Assembly (NCBI GenBank): GCA_902798815.1
Contig: CADBYH010000004.1
Location: 9,610-73,609, forward strand
DNA from: an uncultured Erysipelotrichaceae bacterium
GTDB lineage: Bacteria > Bacillota_I > Bacilli_A > RF39 > UBA660
Direction of reading: 5' to 3'
DNA: 64,000 bases
Position numbers and translations under genes: made by a program. The notes under the pieces were generated by a model that was given only the letters and a program-made list of their open reading frames with translations, was not told the origin of the DNA and ran no database searches. Positions 33,722 to 44,236 of this stretch are shown in pieces. Numbering within the stretch: the stretch's first letter is position 1; each line of letters starts with the position of its first letter.

Positions 33722-34945
33722 ATGAGTGATAAAATGAATGGAAAAGAATTTAAAAAAGCACTTGATAATATTGTTAAAGAAAAAGATATAGATCCAGATG
33801 TAGTATATTCTGCTATGGAACTTGCTTTAACTTCTGCTTATAAAAAGAATTATAATTCAAGAACAAATGTTAAAGTATTATTTGATCGTGAAACTGGAGA
33901 TATTAAAGTTTATTCTTATTTAACTGTTGTTGATGATGACAAGATGACTAAAGAAGAATATGAAGATGCTTTATTTGAACGTTATGCAGAAGATGATGAA
34001 TTAGATACAAAACCTGATGTAGAGGAAGTAGTTGAAGAGGATGATTCAGAGGAAGGTGGAGAAGAAAAAGAAAAGATTTCTTTCTTTAACCCTGATACTG
34101 AAATTAAATTAAGTGATGCTAAAAAAATAGATAAAACTTTAGAAGTTGGAGATACTATTGATACTGAAATTACTCCTAAGAATGATTTTGGTAGAGTTGC
34201 AACTTCTACTGCAAAACAAGTAGTTATTCAAAAAATTAGAGAAGCAGAAAGAAATAGTATCATGGAAGAATTTGGTGATAAACAAGATGAATTATTGGTT
34301 GGTACTGTTGCTTTAGAGGATACTGATAATTACTTTATTGATTTAGGAAGAACTAATGGTATTTTACCTAAGAAAGATTGTATACCTGGTGAGAAGATTG
34401 AAATGGGATCTCAAATTAAAGTATATGTTTCTAAAGTAGATAATAATGGTAAGAGTTTATTAGTATTATTAAGTCGTGCTCATTATGGATTTGTTAAGAG
34501 ATTATTTGAATTAGAAATACCTGAAATTAATGATGGTACTGTAATGATTTATAGTGTTGCTAGAGATCCAGGAAATAGAAGTAAGGTCGCTGTATATTCA
34601 GAAAATCCTAATGTAGATCCAATTGGTGCTTGTATTGGTGAAAAAGGATCAAGAATTTCTAGAATAATTGAAGAATTACATGGAGAAAAATTAGATGTAG
34701 TTAAATATGATAGTGATCCTGCAGTGTTTATTGAAAATGCATTATCACCAGCAAAAGAATTAACTGTTGCAATTACAGATCCAAAGAAATTAGAGGCAAT
34801 GGTTATTGCTGATGGAGATAATTTCTCTTTAGCAATTGGTAAAAAAGGACAAAATGCTCGTCTTGCAACTCGTTTAACTAAGTTTAAAAAGATTGATATT
34901 AAGACTACAGAACAAGCAAGAGAAGCAGGAATTAATTTTAGATAG
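33722..34945 (+). CDS. nusA: transcription termination/antitermination factor NusA
   Basis: N-terminal domain, S1 and two KH domains (GACIGEKGSRISRIIEEL; AIGKKGQNARLATRLT). Acidic insertion near the N-terminus. Confidence 0.95.
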   Translation: MSDKMNGKEFKKALDNIVKEKDIDPDVVYSAMELALTSAYKKNYNSRTNVKVLFDRETGDIKVYSYLTVVDDDKMTKEEYEDALFERYAEDDELDTKPDVEEVVEEDDSEEGGEEKEKISFFNPDTEIKLSDAKKIDKTLEVGDTIDTEITPKNDFGRVATSTAKQVVIQKIREAERNSIMEEFGDKQDELLVGTVALEDTDNYFIDLGRTNGILPKKDCIPGEKIEMGSQIKVYVSKVDNNGKSLLVLLSRAHYGFVKRLFELEIPEINDGTVMIYSVARDPGNRSKVAVYSENPNVDPIGACIGEKGSRISRIIEELHGEKLDVVKYDSDPAVFIENALSPAKELTVAITDPKKLEAMVIADGDNFSLAIGKKGQNARLATRLTKFKKIDIKTTEQAREAGINFR

Positions 34946-34953
34946 AGGTTAAT

Positions 34954-35217
34954 ATGAAACAAAGAAAAATACCTTTAAGAACATGTGTTATTACAAAAGA
35001 ATCGCTTCCAAAACAAGAACTATTAAGAATAGTTAGAACTCCTGAAGGAGATGTAGTTGTTGATGAAACAGGAAAGTTAAATGGAAGAGGAGCATATATT
35101 AAAAAAGATATAAGTGTTTTGGAAAAAGCACAAAAATCTAAAGTACTAGAAAAAAGATTAGAAATAAAGATAGAGGATAGTGTCTATGAAGAAATAAAAA
35201 ATATAATAGAAAAGTGA
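34954..35217 (+). CDS. ylxR: YlxR/RnpM (DUF448) RNA-binding protein
   Basis: IPLRTCVITKE..PKQELLRIV....G.VVVD.TGKLNGRGAYI. Confidence 0.9.
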   Translation: MKQRKIPLRTCVITKESLPKQELLRIVRTPEGDVVVDETGKLNGRGAYIKKDISVLEKAQKSKVLEKRLEIKIEDSVYEEIKNIIEK

Positions 35218-35230
35218 GGTGAGAGTCATT

Positions 35231-37375
35231 ATGATGACTTTAGAAGATTATGCAATTGATACTGGTAAAACAGTAGAAGAGATTAAAGCATTATGCGATA
35301 AAGTAGGAATATCTTACCAAGATGAAAACACATTATTAGATGATATAAGTATTACTTTATTAGATAATGAAATGCAAGATGAAGAAGATTATATCGAGGG
35401 AGATATAGAAGATGAAATAAAAGAAGAAATTAGATTAAAAGAAGAAGCTGAGGATAAGGCAGAAGAATTGGCTTATGATACAAAAATTGATTTAGAGGAT
35501 TCATCTTCATTTACAAAGGTTAAACCAAAGAGATCTAATAAAACTGATACTAATAAAAAAGATTTCTTAAAAGAAAGAAAAAAGATGTATAAAAATAAGA
35601 CAAAATTACAAAGTAATGAAGTAAAACAAGATGAAAATATTATTTTATACAAAGATGGAATGACAGTTACAGAACTTGCTAACGAACTTGGAATAACTCC
35701 TGTTGAACTTGTTAAAAAATTAATGGGACTTGGAGTTATGGCAGGTGTTAATCAAGCAGTTGATTATGATTCTGCAGAAATAATTTCATCTGAATTTGGT
35801 AAAACATTAAAGAAAGAAGAAACTGCTGATATTTCTAATTTTGAAAATTTTGAAATAGAAGATAAAGCAGAAGACTTAGTTGAGAGACCACCTGTTGTTA
35901 CAGTAATGGGACATGTTGATCATGGTAAAACAACTTTACTTGATGCAATTAGAAATACAGATGTTGTTGCAGGTGAAGCTGGAGGAATTACTCAAGCAAT
36001 TGGTGCATATTCAGTTAAGTGTAATGGAAAACTAATTACATTTATTGATACACCAGGACATGCTGCATTTACTGAAATGAGAGCACGTGGTGCACAAATG
36101 ACAGATATAGTTATTATTATAGTTGCTGCAGATGATGGAATAATGCCACAAACAAAAGAGGCAATTGATCATGCTAAAGCAGCAGGAGTACCAATAATAG
36201 TTGCTATTAATAAAATTGATAAACCAGAGGCAAATGTAGATAGAGTAATGACTGCTCTTGTTGAAAATGGACTTACTCCAGAAGAATGGGGTGGAGATAT
36301 TATAGTTAATAAAATATCTGCAAAAACTGGAGATGGAATTGATGGATTACTTGAAAATATTTTATTAGTTGCTGAAATGCAAGAATATAAGGCAAATCCA
36401 AATAGATATGCAACAGGAGCTGTAATTGAAGCTAGGAAAGACAATAAAGTTGGATCGATTGCTACATTATTAATTCAAAATGGTACATTACGTTTAGGAG
36501 ATCCAATAGTTATTGGTAACTTTGCTGGTAAAGTAAGAACTTTAAAAGATGATAAAGGAAATAATATAGTAGAAGCAACTCCTTCTACACCAGTTGAGGT
36601 TACTGGTATTTCAGAAGTTCCAAGTGCTGGAGATAAATTCATGGCATTTGAATCTGAAAAACAAGCAAAAGAGATAGCTCATGAAAGAGAATTAAGAAGT
36701 AAAGAAGCAGATACTAATTTTAGTGGAATGACTTTGGAAGATTTATTTGGAAGAATTAAAGAGGGACAAAAAGAAATTAAAGTTGTTCTTAAAGCTGATG
36801 TTAATGGTTCTTTAGAAGCAGTTAGAAATGCTTTAGAAAAGATTGATGTTGAAGGTGTTAAAGTTTCAGTAATAAGAGGTGGAGTAGGAGCAATTACAGA
36901 AAGCGATGTTGTACTTGCAAGTGCTTCAAATGCAATTATTATTGGATTTAATGTAAGAGGAAATAATTCAACAATTGATACTGCAAAACAATATGGGATT
37001 GAAATAAAAACATATGATATTATTTATAAAGTAGTTGAAGATGTTGAAAATGCAATGAAGGGTATGTTAGAACCTGAGTATGAAGAAAAAGTATTAGGTA
37101 CTGCAGAAATTAGACAAATATTTAAGTTCTCTAAGGTTGGATTAATCGCAGGGTGTCATGTTACTAGTGGTATAATTACTAATAATAAAAAAGCTCGTAT
37201 AATTAGAGAAGATGTAATTGTTTATAATGGTTCAGTTAAAACTTTACAACATGAAAAAGATCAAGTTAAAGAAATTAAAAAAGATATGGACTGTGGAATG
37301 ACACTTGAGAATTGTCAAGATTATAAAGAGGGAGACATCATAGAGGTATACGAACTTGTAGAAATAAAAAGATAG
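35231..37375 (+). CDS. infB: translation initiation factor IF-2
   Basis: G domain [29 protein letters not shown] 35231 follows GTGAGGTGA. Confidence 0.95.
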   Translation: MMTLEDYAIDTGKTVEEIKALCDKVGISYQDENTLLDDISITLLDNEMQDEEDYIEGDIEDEIKEEIRLKEEAEDKAEELAYDTKIDLEDSSSFTKVKPKRSNKTDTNKKDFLKERKKMYKNKTKLQSNEVKQDENIILYKDGMTVTELANELGITPVELVKKLMGLGVMAGVNQAVDYDSAEIISSEFGKTLKKEETADISNFENFEIEDKAEDLVERPPVVTVMGHVDHGKTTLLDAIRNTDVVAGEAGGITQAIGAYSVKCNGKLITFIDTPGHAAFTEMRARGAQMTDIVIIIVAADDGIMPQTKEAIDHAKAAGVPIIVAINKIDKPEANVDRVMTALVENGLTPEEWGGDIIVNKISAKTGDGIDGLLENILLVAEMQEYKANPNRYATGAVIEARKDNKVGSIATLLIQNGTLRLGDPIVIGNFAGKVRTLKDDKGNNIVEATPSTPVEVTGISEVPSAGDKFMAFESEKQAKEIAHERELRSKEADTNFSGMTLEDLFGRIKEGQKEIKVVLKADVNGSLEAVRNALEKIDVEGVKVSVIRGGVGAITESDVVLASASNAIIIGFNVRGNNSTIDTAKQYGIEIKTYDIIYKVVEDVENAMKGMLEPEYEEKVLGTAEIRQIFKFSKVGLIAGCHVTSGIITNNKKARIIREDVIVYNGSVKTLQHEKDQVKEIKKDMDCGMTLENCQDYKEGDIIEVYELVEIKR

Positions 37376-37384
37376 GTGATTAAT

Positions 37385-37735
37385 ATGGCAAGTATCAAAA
37401 TAGAAAGATTAAATCATACTTATCAAGAAGAAATTAGTATGATATTAATGAGAGAAATTAAAGATCAACATATTAAATTTGTAACAATCACAGGAGTAGA
37501 TATTACAAGTGATTTAAGTTTTGCGAAAGTTTATTATACTGTTCTTGATCAAGATAAAAAAGAAGAAACAAAAGAGGCTTTAGAAAAAGCAGCACCATTT
37601 ATTAGAACTAAGCTTGCAGAAAGAGTAGATATAAGACATACTCCAGAGTTAAAGTTTGTTTATGATACTTCAATTGAGTATGGAGAGCATATTGATGCAA
37701 TTATAGAAGAATTACATGAAAAGAGTGAAGAATAA
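37385..37735 (+). CDS. rbfA: ribosome-binding factor A
   Basis: Typical RbfA sequence and position after infB. Confidence 0.9.
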   Translation: MASIKIERLNHTYQEEISMILMREIKDQHIKFVTITGVDITSDLSFAKVYYTVLDQDKKEETKEALEKAAPFIRTKLAERVDIRHTPELKFVYDTSIEYGEHIDAIIEELHEKSEE

Positions 37736-37787
37736 ATTTACTCTTTTTTCTTTTTGTGTTAAAATTATTTCGATGTGAGGTGATATA

Positions 37788-38348
37788 GTGGAAAAGAAAA
37801 AAATAAATAATACTTCTGATGATTCTTGGATATATATATTATTACAAACAGCTTTAATTATTTTTATGGAATCAATAAAAAGTTTTAATTTTAAAATATT
37901 TGGAATTGAAGTTATTTATGCTATTTTTTTAGTTCCATTTACCTTTCTAATTACTAATTTGTTATTAAAGAAATATGGATATAAATATGCTTTAATTGAA
38001 GTATTTATATCTTCTATATCATTAATAATATTTATGTTTTTTATGTCGTTTTCATTAGGAAAAGTATTTGTTATATATGATATGTTGGGAGATGTAATTG
38101 CTTATATAGTGAGTCAAATAGTAAATATTTTATTTTATAAAGTTATTACTTGTAATGTTAAATCAAAGTATTTGTTTTTATTTATTAATTATATTTTTTC
38201 AATAGTATTCTTTTATATGACATATACACTTGCTAATCTCAATAGTATTTCATTAGTTGATTATTGGTCTAGATATGTTATTGGTATAGGAATACAAATA
38301 ATTATATGTGTGTTTATTATTATAATTCAAAAGATTAAGAAAAGATAA
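37788..38348 (+). CDS. polytopic membrane protein (possibly a VUT/YhhQ-like transporter; unverified)
   Basis: 186 aa, about 6 hydrophobic segments. No riboswitch recognised upstream. Confidence 0.55.
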   Translation: MEKKKINNTSDDSWIYILLQTALIIFMESIKSFNFKIFGIEVIYAIFLVPFTFLITNLLLKKYGYKYALIEVFISSISLIIFMFFMSFSLGKVFVIYDMLGDVIAYIVSQIVNILFYKVITCNVKSKYLFLFINYIFSIVFFYMTYTLANLNSISLVDYWSRYVIGIGIQIIICVFIIIIQKIKKR

Positions 38349-38372
38349 TCCTCTGATTTGAGGATTTTTTTT
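38348..38372 (+). terminator. intrinsic terminator
   Basis: ATCCTC-tgattt-GAGGAT followed by TTTTTTTT. Confidence 0.65.
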
Positions 38373-38520
38373 ATTGTACTGATTCTTTTTTGATATTATA
38401 ATATTATTAGGATATTATATACAAAAGAATGGAAGAAAATGTATGAATAATAATGATGAAATAGTTGAAATTGTTTATACTAAATAATATATAAAAAGCA
38501 GAAATAGGAGAATTTTTAGA

Positions 38521-39765
38521 TTGACTGCTATTTCTGGTTTGACTTTATTAGTTCTTATCTTCGCAACTTATGCATGGTTTATTGGTATTACTACAGTTAG
38601 AGTAGATCAATTTGATGTTAAAGTTGAAGCACAAAAAGGTTTGCAAATATCTTTTACCGGTGATAATAATGATTGGGATACAGTAGGTCGAATTAATAAA
38701 TCTTTATGTAATACGTATTTTAATGATAATGGTATGAAAAATAATAACTGGGTTGCTGACTCGGGTCTTGTTCCTATATCAAGTGCTGGGGAGTTTTCAA
38801 CTACAGGACATCTAAAACTTTATTCAAATGCCAGTATAAATGCTGTAATTGGTGGATATAAGATAAGGACTGAGAAGATTCTAAATGAAGTTAGTGAACA
38901 ACCTGCTGGTTTTAATGGAAATACAACTTCTCCAGAAAAAGGAAATTATATTACTTTTGATTTCTTTTTAAAGAACACTACAAATAATCAAGGAACTTTA
39001 CCTAATTCATCTGCATATACAGAGAGTGAAACTGAAGCAATTTACTTAACCACTAATTCATCAGTAACTTTACCAAGTTCAAGTTCACCAGATACAGATG
39101 GAATGGAGAATACAATTAGAATAGCTTTTTATCAAGTGGCATATGCGCCGTTAACAACAACTGCTGCTAATCTAAAATCGATGGGATGTACATCTGTTGC
39201 TGCTAATAGAATAGTAGGAACATGTACTACATCCTCATCAGGAGCAAGTCAAGGAAAAGCGTGGAATATTTGGGAACCAAATGATACAAATCATCAACCA
39301 AAAGCAATAAGCAATTTTAATCGTTTATGTAGAGATCGTACAGATGCAACAACATATACATCTACAGTGTGTACGCCGATTGAATCAAATGCATTTGCTA
39401 ATGGACAATCCCTTACAACATATGGTGTAAATAAAGAGATAGTTAATGCAAATAATGTAAATATATATGATGGTGTAAATTCATATATGGGAACAATAAA
39501 TACAGGACAATATTTAAAAGCTGTAAATAGTTTTAAGGGATCACAAAATGTTTTGGCATCACCAAATGTATATAACACAACAAGAAGTCCAATATTAAGA
39601 ATAGAACCAAATAGTATTACTAAAATAAGAGCATATATTTGGATTGAAGGACAAGATTTAGATAATGTTGATTATCTAGGAGATTCAAAAAAATTATTAA
39701 TCAATTTTGGGTTTACAAAGAATATTTATGAAGAAGAGGATGTATATCCAACACCAACATCATGA
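38521..39765 (+). CDS. Thr/Ser/Asn-rich exported protein with a SipW/TasA-type-like signal region
   Basis: TTG start 10 nt after AGGAG. N-terminus LTLLVLIFATYAWFIGITTV resembles the G-T-Y/F-A-Y-F signal region of TasA/camelysin-type proteins. Composition differs from neighbouring genes. Confidence 0.6.
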   Translation: MTAISGLTLLVLIFATYAWFIGITTVRVDQFDVKVEAQKGLQISFTGDNNDWDTVGRINKSLCNTYFNDNGMKNNNWVADSGLVPISSAGEFSTTGHLKLYSNASINAVIGGYKIRTEKILNEVSEQPAGFNGNTTSPEKGNYITFDFFLKNTTNNQGTLPNSSAYTESETEAIYLTTNSSVTLPSSSSPDTDGMENTIRIAFYQVAYAPLTTTAANLKSMGCTSVAANRIVGTCTTSSSGASQGKAWNIWEPNDTNHQPKAISNFNRLCRDRTDATTYTSTVCTPIESNAFANGQSLTTYGVNKEIVNANNVNIYDGVNSYMGTINTGQYLKAVNSFKGSQNVLASPNVYNTTRSPILRIEPNSITKIRAYIWIEGQDLDNVDYLGDSKKLLINFGFTKNIYEEEDVYPTPTS

Positions 39766-39772
39766 TTCATAG

Positions 39773-40393
39773 AGTACAATCCAACATGCAGTTAGAAGTA
39801 ATAATACAAGTGCCTATGATGTAGGAGATACAAAAACAGTAACAATAAATAATACTAATTACACAGTGAAAATTGTGAATAAATCAACAAATTCAAATTG
39901 TAGTAATACAAACTATTCAGAAACAGCATGTGGATTTGTGGTTTTCTTTAATAAAGAAGTTTCTTCAATGCAAATGAGAAATACAAATACAAATGTAGGA
40001 GGATATCCGGCAACACAAGTATATGATTATTTAAAGAACACACTATATAATCAATTACCAAGTGATTTAAAATCAGTAATAGTTAATACTAGAGTAATAT
40101 CAGAAGCTAGTGATGGAGGAACAAACTACACAACAAATGATAAATTATATTTATTATCAGGAACAGAAGCAACAGGAGAAAATTATTATGATCAAATATA
40201 TGGTTATACAAGACATTTAGATTACTACTATCAAAGTAGGGATTTTACTAGTAGTGTTAGTACTGATATATGGTTACGTTCAGCAAATTCTCAAGATACT
40301 GAAAGATTTATTATTGTTGGAGGACCTGGAATATTAGATAGTAGTCTTGCAACTGCAAGTCATGCTGTCGTACCAGCATTTAGAATTGGATAA
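39773..40393 (+). pseudogene. start-less C-terminal domain ORF (WLRS...PAFRIG-type domain seen at the C-termini of Bacillota surface/pseudopilin-like proteins); gene remnant or non-canonical start
   Basis: Frame is open from 39773 (...AVRSNNTSAYDVGDTKTVTINNTNYTVKIVNKS...). The first canonical start (GTG 39866) is inside the domain and has no RBS. Ends ...DKLYLLSGTEATGE...IWLRSANS...VVPAFRIG. Confidence 0.45.
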
Positions 40394-40394
40394 T

Positions 40395-40425
40395 AAAAAT
40401 ATGTAGATTAATCTACATATTTTTT
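40395..40425. terminator. bidirectional terminator between convergent genes
   Basis: AAAAA-ATATGTAGAT-ta-ATCTACATAT-TTTTT. Confidence 0.7.
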
Positions 40426-41110
40426 ATATTTTTAAAAATACTGATATTAAAAATGCCATAGTATTATGAATTATATGAAATGTCATTGATGTATATACTG
40501 TATCTGTTTTATAATAGGCTATTGCGAATACTGCTCCAAGTACACCATATGGAATAATATATAAATAATCAACAAGTGTTTTTGCTGATGATACTACATG
40601 TGCTCCTCCAAATATCAGAAATGAGAGAAATACAAATAAATATTTATTTTTTATAATATCTTTTATTGCTTTTCTAAACACTAATTCTTCATTGAATGGA
40701 GCAATTAAACATATATCTATTCCCATAATCCATGGAGATATTTTTATTAATTCTTGAACTGCATTTTCATTATTTGCTCCATTTGATTTAAATACCGTTA
40801 TTAGTATAAAGTTAATTATAATCATTATAATTATTCCTGTAAGCCAGCATATTAAACCTGTATCAATATTTTTTAACAAGTCTTTTTTGAATTTTTTAAA
40901 TTCTTCAATTAAGTCTTTCCTATATATTATTAATAAAATAAATGAGACAATTATACTTGAATATACAGAAATATATATTGTCTGACTTTTAGTAATTTCT
41001 TTTATATTATATTTCATTATACGTATTAATGCATATTGAATATAAATTGAGTTAAAAAATATAAAATATACTAGGATGCTTCTGATTATTAGTTTTAATT
41101 TTTTATTCAT
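40424..41110 (-). CDS. CPBP-family intramembrane glutamic endopeptidase (CAAX protease/Abi-like)
   Basis: Motifs EELVFR, FGGAHV and HIIHN in a multi-TM protein. Confidence 0.8.
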   Translation of the reverse strand: MNKKLKLIIRSILVYFIFFNSIYIQYALIRIMKYNIKEITKSQTIYISVYSSIIVSFILLIIYRKDLIEEFKKFKKDLLKNIDTGLICWLTGIIIMIIINFILITVFKSNGANNENAVQELIKISPWIMGIDICLIAPFNEELVFRKAIKDIIKNKYLFVFLSFLIFGGAHVVSSAKTLVDYLYIIPYGVLGAVFAIAYYKTDTVYTSMTFHIIHNTMAFLISVFLKI

Positions 41111-41160
41111 ATAATCACCATAATTAAGATAACATAAAAGTTTATTAAATACAATTATAC

Positions 41161-41189
41161 TTGCATAAATTGATAATTAATAGTATAAT
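41161..41189 (+). promoter_or_regulatory. sigma-A promoter for rpsO (TTGCAT-17 nt-TATAAT), followed by an approximately 80-nt leader
   Basis: Read directly from the sequence. S15 mRNAs are commonly autoregulated through their leaders. Confidence 0.6.
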
Positions 41190-41272
41190 ACAATTACTTA
41201 CCGCAACCAGGTTTAAAGAATTTCCGACTTTTTACTTAGTTATGGTGAATTATAAAGAAAGGAAGTGTTAAT

Positions 41273-41542
41273 ATGGCATTAACAAAAGATGAAAAAGCAA
41301 AAATTATTAAAGAGTTTGCTAAGAGCAAGAATGATACTGGTTCAGCTGAAGTACAAATTGCTATTTTATCAAAAGAAATAGATGAATTAACTGAACATTT
41401 AAAAGTACACATTCATGATTATCATTCACGTAGAGGTCTTTTAAAGAAAGTTGGTCAACGTAGAAATATGTTACAATATTTAGCTAAAAAAGATATTCAA
41501 AGTTACCGTGAATTAATTAAAAAATTAGGATTAAGAAAGTAG
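41273..41542 (+). CDS. rpsO: 30S ribosomal protein S15
   Basis: [15 protein letters not shown]...[27 protein letters not shown]. Confidence 0.95.
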   Translation: MALTKDEKAKIIKEFAKSKNDTGSAEVQIAILSKEIDELTEHLKVHIHDYHSRRGLLKKVGQRRNMLQYLAKKDIQSYRELIKKLGLRK

Positions 41543-41569
41543 ACACGTTTTTTAAGTGTCTATTTTTTT
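41541..41569 (+). terminator. rpsO-pnp intergenic hairpin (terminator/processing site)
   Basis: AGACAC-gttttttaa-GTGTCT followed by aTTTTTTT. Confidence 0.6.
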
Positions 41570-41590
41570 GGAAAAGAAAGGAAGTATTAT

Positions 41591-43765
41591 ATGAAAAAGA
41601 AAACATTTGAACTTGATTTTTACGGAAGAAAATTAGTTGTTGAACATGGTTGTCTTGCTAAACAAGCAGATGGTTCTGTACTTGTAAGATATAATGATAC
41701 TGTTGTTTTAACTGCAGCAGTTGTATCTAAAAATGTTAATTTATTATCTGATTTTTTTCCATTAACAGTAAATTATCAAGAAAAACTTTATTCTGTTGGT
41801 AAAATACCAGGAGGATTTATTAAACGTGAAGGTAGACCAAGTGAAGCTGCTACTCTTGCTGCAAGAATGATTGATAGACCTATGCGTCCATTATTTCCAG
41901 AAGGATTTAAAAATGAAGTACAAATTATTTCAACAGTTTTATCAGTTGATCAAGATTGTTCTCCTGAATTAACTGCGATGTTTGGTTCTAGTTTAGCAGT
42001 ATCTATTTCTAAGATTCCATTTAATGGACCAATTGCAGGAGTTAAAGTTGGTAGAATTGATGGTAAGTTTATTATTAATCCAACTCCAGAAGAATTAGAA
42101 ATATCTGAATTAGATTTAACTGTTGCTGGTACTAAAGATGCAATTAATATGGTTGAATCTTCAGCTAAACAAGTATCTGAAGATGTAATGTTGGAAGCAT
42201 TAATGTTTGGTCATAAGGCAGTTAAAGAATTAATAAAATTTGAAGAAAAAATTATTGAAGAAATTGGTGAAGAGAAGATGGAATATGAAACTCTTACTCC
42301 TAGCCAAGAATTAATAGATAGAATTAGATCATTAATTACTAAGAAAATGGATAAAGCTCTTCGTATTAAAGATAAGTTAAAGAAATATGCAGCAATAGAT
42401 GAAATTAAAGAAGAGATGGAAGAGTTATTTACAAAAGAAAATGAAGATACAATGAAAGATGATGAGTTAAAAGAATTACTTGTTATGGTTCAAATGGTTG
42501 TATCTGAAGTTGAATATGAATTATTTAGAAGTATCGTTGTTAAAGAAGGATTACGCGCAGATGGACGTAAAATGGATGAAATTAGAAAATTATCAACAGA
42601 TATAGATTTACTTCCAAGAACTCATGGTTCAGCATTATTTACTCGTGGAGAAACTCAAGCATTATCTATTACAACATTAGGAGCTTTAAATGAACATCAG
42701 ATTATTGATGGTTTAGGTTTAGAAGATCAAAAGAGATTCATGTTACATTACAATTTCCCACAATTCTCAGTTGGTGAAACTGGAAGATATGGTGCACCTG
42801 GAAGACGTGAAATTGGACATGGAGCATTAGGAGAAAAAGCTCTTGCTCAAGTAATTCCAACTGAAGAGGAATTCCCATATACAATTCGTGTTGTATCAGA
42901 AATTTTAGAATCAAATGGGTCTAGTTCTCAAGCAAGTATTTGTGCTGGATGTATGTCTTTAATGGCAGCAGGAGTTCCAATTAAAGCGCCAGTAGCAGGA
43001 ATTGCAATGGGATTAATTACACATGAAGATAAATATACAATATTAACAGATATTCAAGGAATGGAAGATCACTTAGGAGATATGGACTTTAAAGTTGCTG
43101 GTACTGAGAATGGTATTACTGCTTTACAAATGGATATTAAAATAAGTGGTATTACTGAGGCAATATTAAAAGAAGCTCTTGCTCAAGCTAAAAAAGCAAG
43201 AATGGAAATATTAAAAGTAATTAAAAAGCAAATTAAAGAACCTAGAAAAGAAGTTTCTAAGTATGCACCTAAAATGGAAACATTTATGATTAATCCACTT
43301 AAGATTAAAGATGTAATTGGTAAAGGTGGAGAAATGATTACTAAGATTATTTGTGAAGCTTCAAATGTTACAGAAGTTACAAATGTAAATGCTGTTAAAG
43401 TTGAATTAGAAGATGATGGTAGAGTAATTATCTATCACTCTGATAAAGATATTATTGAAAAGACAAAAGCAATGATTGAGGAAATAGTTAGAGAAGTTGA
43501 AGTAGGTAAAATTTATGAAGCAAAAGTAGTTAAAGTTGAAGACTTTGGTTGTTTTGTACAATTATGGCCAGGATGTGAAGGATTAGTTCATGTTTCTCAA
43601 CTTGCTCATGAAAGAGTAGAAAAAGCAAGTGATGTAGTTTCAGTAGGTGATGAGATCATTGTTAAAGCTTTAGGAACAGACAAAAAAGGTAGACAAAATT
43701 TTTCAAGAAAGGAAGCATTACCTCCAAAAAAAGAAAGGGCAAAAAAGGATAAAGAGACAAAATAA
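41591..43765 (+). CDS. pnp: polyribonucleotide nucleotidyltransferase (PNPase)
   Basis: Two RNase PH domains, plus KH and S1 ([20 protein letters not shown]). Confidence 0.97.
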   Translation: MKKKTFELDFYGRKLVVEHGCLAKQADGSVLVRYNDTVVLTAAVVSKNVNLLSDFFPLTVNYQEKLYSVGKIPGGFIKREGRPSEAATLAARMIDRPMRPLFPEGFKNEVQIISTVLSVDQDCSPELTAMFGSSLAVSISKIPFNGPIAGVKVGRIDGKFIINPTPEELEISELDLTVAGTKDAINMVESSAKQVSEDVMLEALMFGHKAVKELIKFEEKIIEEIGEEKMEYETLTPSQELIDRIRSLITKKMDKALRIKDKLKKYAAIDEIKEEMEELFTKENEDTMKDDELKELLVMVQMVVSEVEYELFRSIVVKEGLRADGRKMDEIRKLSTDIDLLPRTHGSALFTRGETQALSITTLGALNEHQIIDGLGLEDQKRFMLHYNFPQFSVGETGRYGAPGRREIGHGALGEKALAQVIPTEEEFPYTIRVVSEILESNGSSSQASICAGCMSLMAAGVPIKAPVAGIAMGLITHEDKYTILTDIQGMEDHLGDMDFKVAGTENGITALQMDIKISGITEAILKEALAQAKKARMEILKVIKKQIKEPRKEVSKYAPKMETFMINPLKIKDVIGKGGEMITKIICEASNVTEVTNVNAVKVELEDDGRVIIYHSDKDIIEKTKAMIEEIVREVEVGKIYEAKVVKVEDFGCFVQLWPGCEGLVHVSQLAHERVEKASDVVSVGDEIIVKALGTDKKGRQNFSRKEALPPKKERAKKDKETK

Positions 43766-43786
43766 ATAATAATTAGGAGAGTTCAA

Positions 43787-44185
43787 ATGTTTGATTTAAT
43801 AAAAAGTATTTTAAAATGGTTATTATTAATCTTTATGGTTATATTAGTTATCTTTTTAATTCATAAAGTTGTTGAAAAGAATACAAAGAAGGTAACAAAG
43901 AAAAATAATAATAGTATTGAAATAGTTGAAAAGGATACTTCAAAGAAAAATAAAAATAAGAATAAGAATAAGAATCAAAATAGTAATACTAGTAGTAATA
44001 GCAGTAGTAATTCTAGTGTTACTATTGTTGATTCATTAGATTCAGGTAATACTAATAATGGTACTCAAGAAATAGATGCACCAGATACAGCAAATTTTGG
44101 TATTATAAGTGTATTTATAGGTGTATTTACTATTACTTATGCATTATATTATGTATATAGAAAATCACAATTATTAAATGATTAA
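43787..44185 (+). CDS. hypothetical protein with N- and C-terminal TM helices and a K/N/S low-complexity spacer
   Basis: KNKNKNKNKNQNSNTSSNSSSNSS region. The C-terminus APDTANFGIISVFIGVFTITYALYYVYRKSQ looks like a cell-wall-sorting-type tail. Confidence 0.55.
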   Translation: MFDLIKSILKWLLLIFMVILVIFLIHKVVEKNTKKVTKKNNNSIEIVEKDTSKKNKNKNKNKNQNSNTSSNSSSNSSVTIVDSLDSGNTNNGTQEIDAPDTANFGIISVFIGVFTITYALYYVYRKSQLLND

Positions 44186-44212
44186 AAAAGATTCATTTTT
44201 GAATCTTTTTTT
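44186..44212 (+). terminator. intrinsic terminator
   Basis: AAAAGATTCA-tttt-TGAATCTTTT followed by a T-run. Confidence 0.65.
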
Positions 44213-44236
44213 CATATATATTATTAAGGTGATAAT

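Noticed and set aside
37736-37787. preQ1 or another riboswitch upstream of the putative VUT/YhhQ-like membrane protein
   Set aside because: The 52-nt spacer holds only the rbfA terminator-like hairpin and an RBS. It has no preQ1-type motif and too little room for an aptamer.
39755-39780. Programmed or simple +1/-1 frameshift joining ORF 38521-39765 to ORF 39773-40393
   Set aside because: The upstream frame stops at 39763-39765 and the downstream frame has a TAG at 39770-39772, so there is no overlap window in which a single shift could fuse them. No slippery heptamer was seen.
43955-43972. aataag x3 microsatellite as a phase-variation switch
   Set aside because: The repeat unit is 6 nt and in frame, and only three perfect copies are present. 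Slippage would change length rather than frame, so it is kept only as a minor note within the protein finding.
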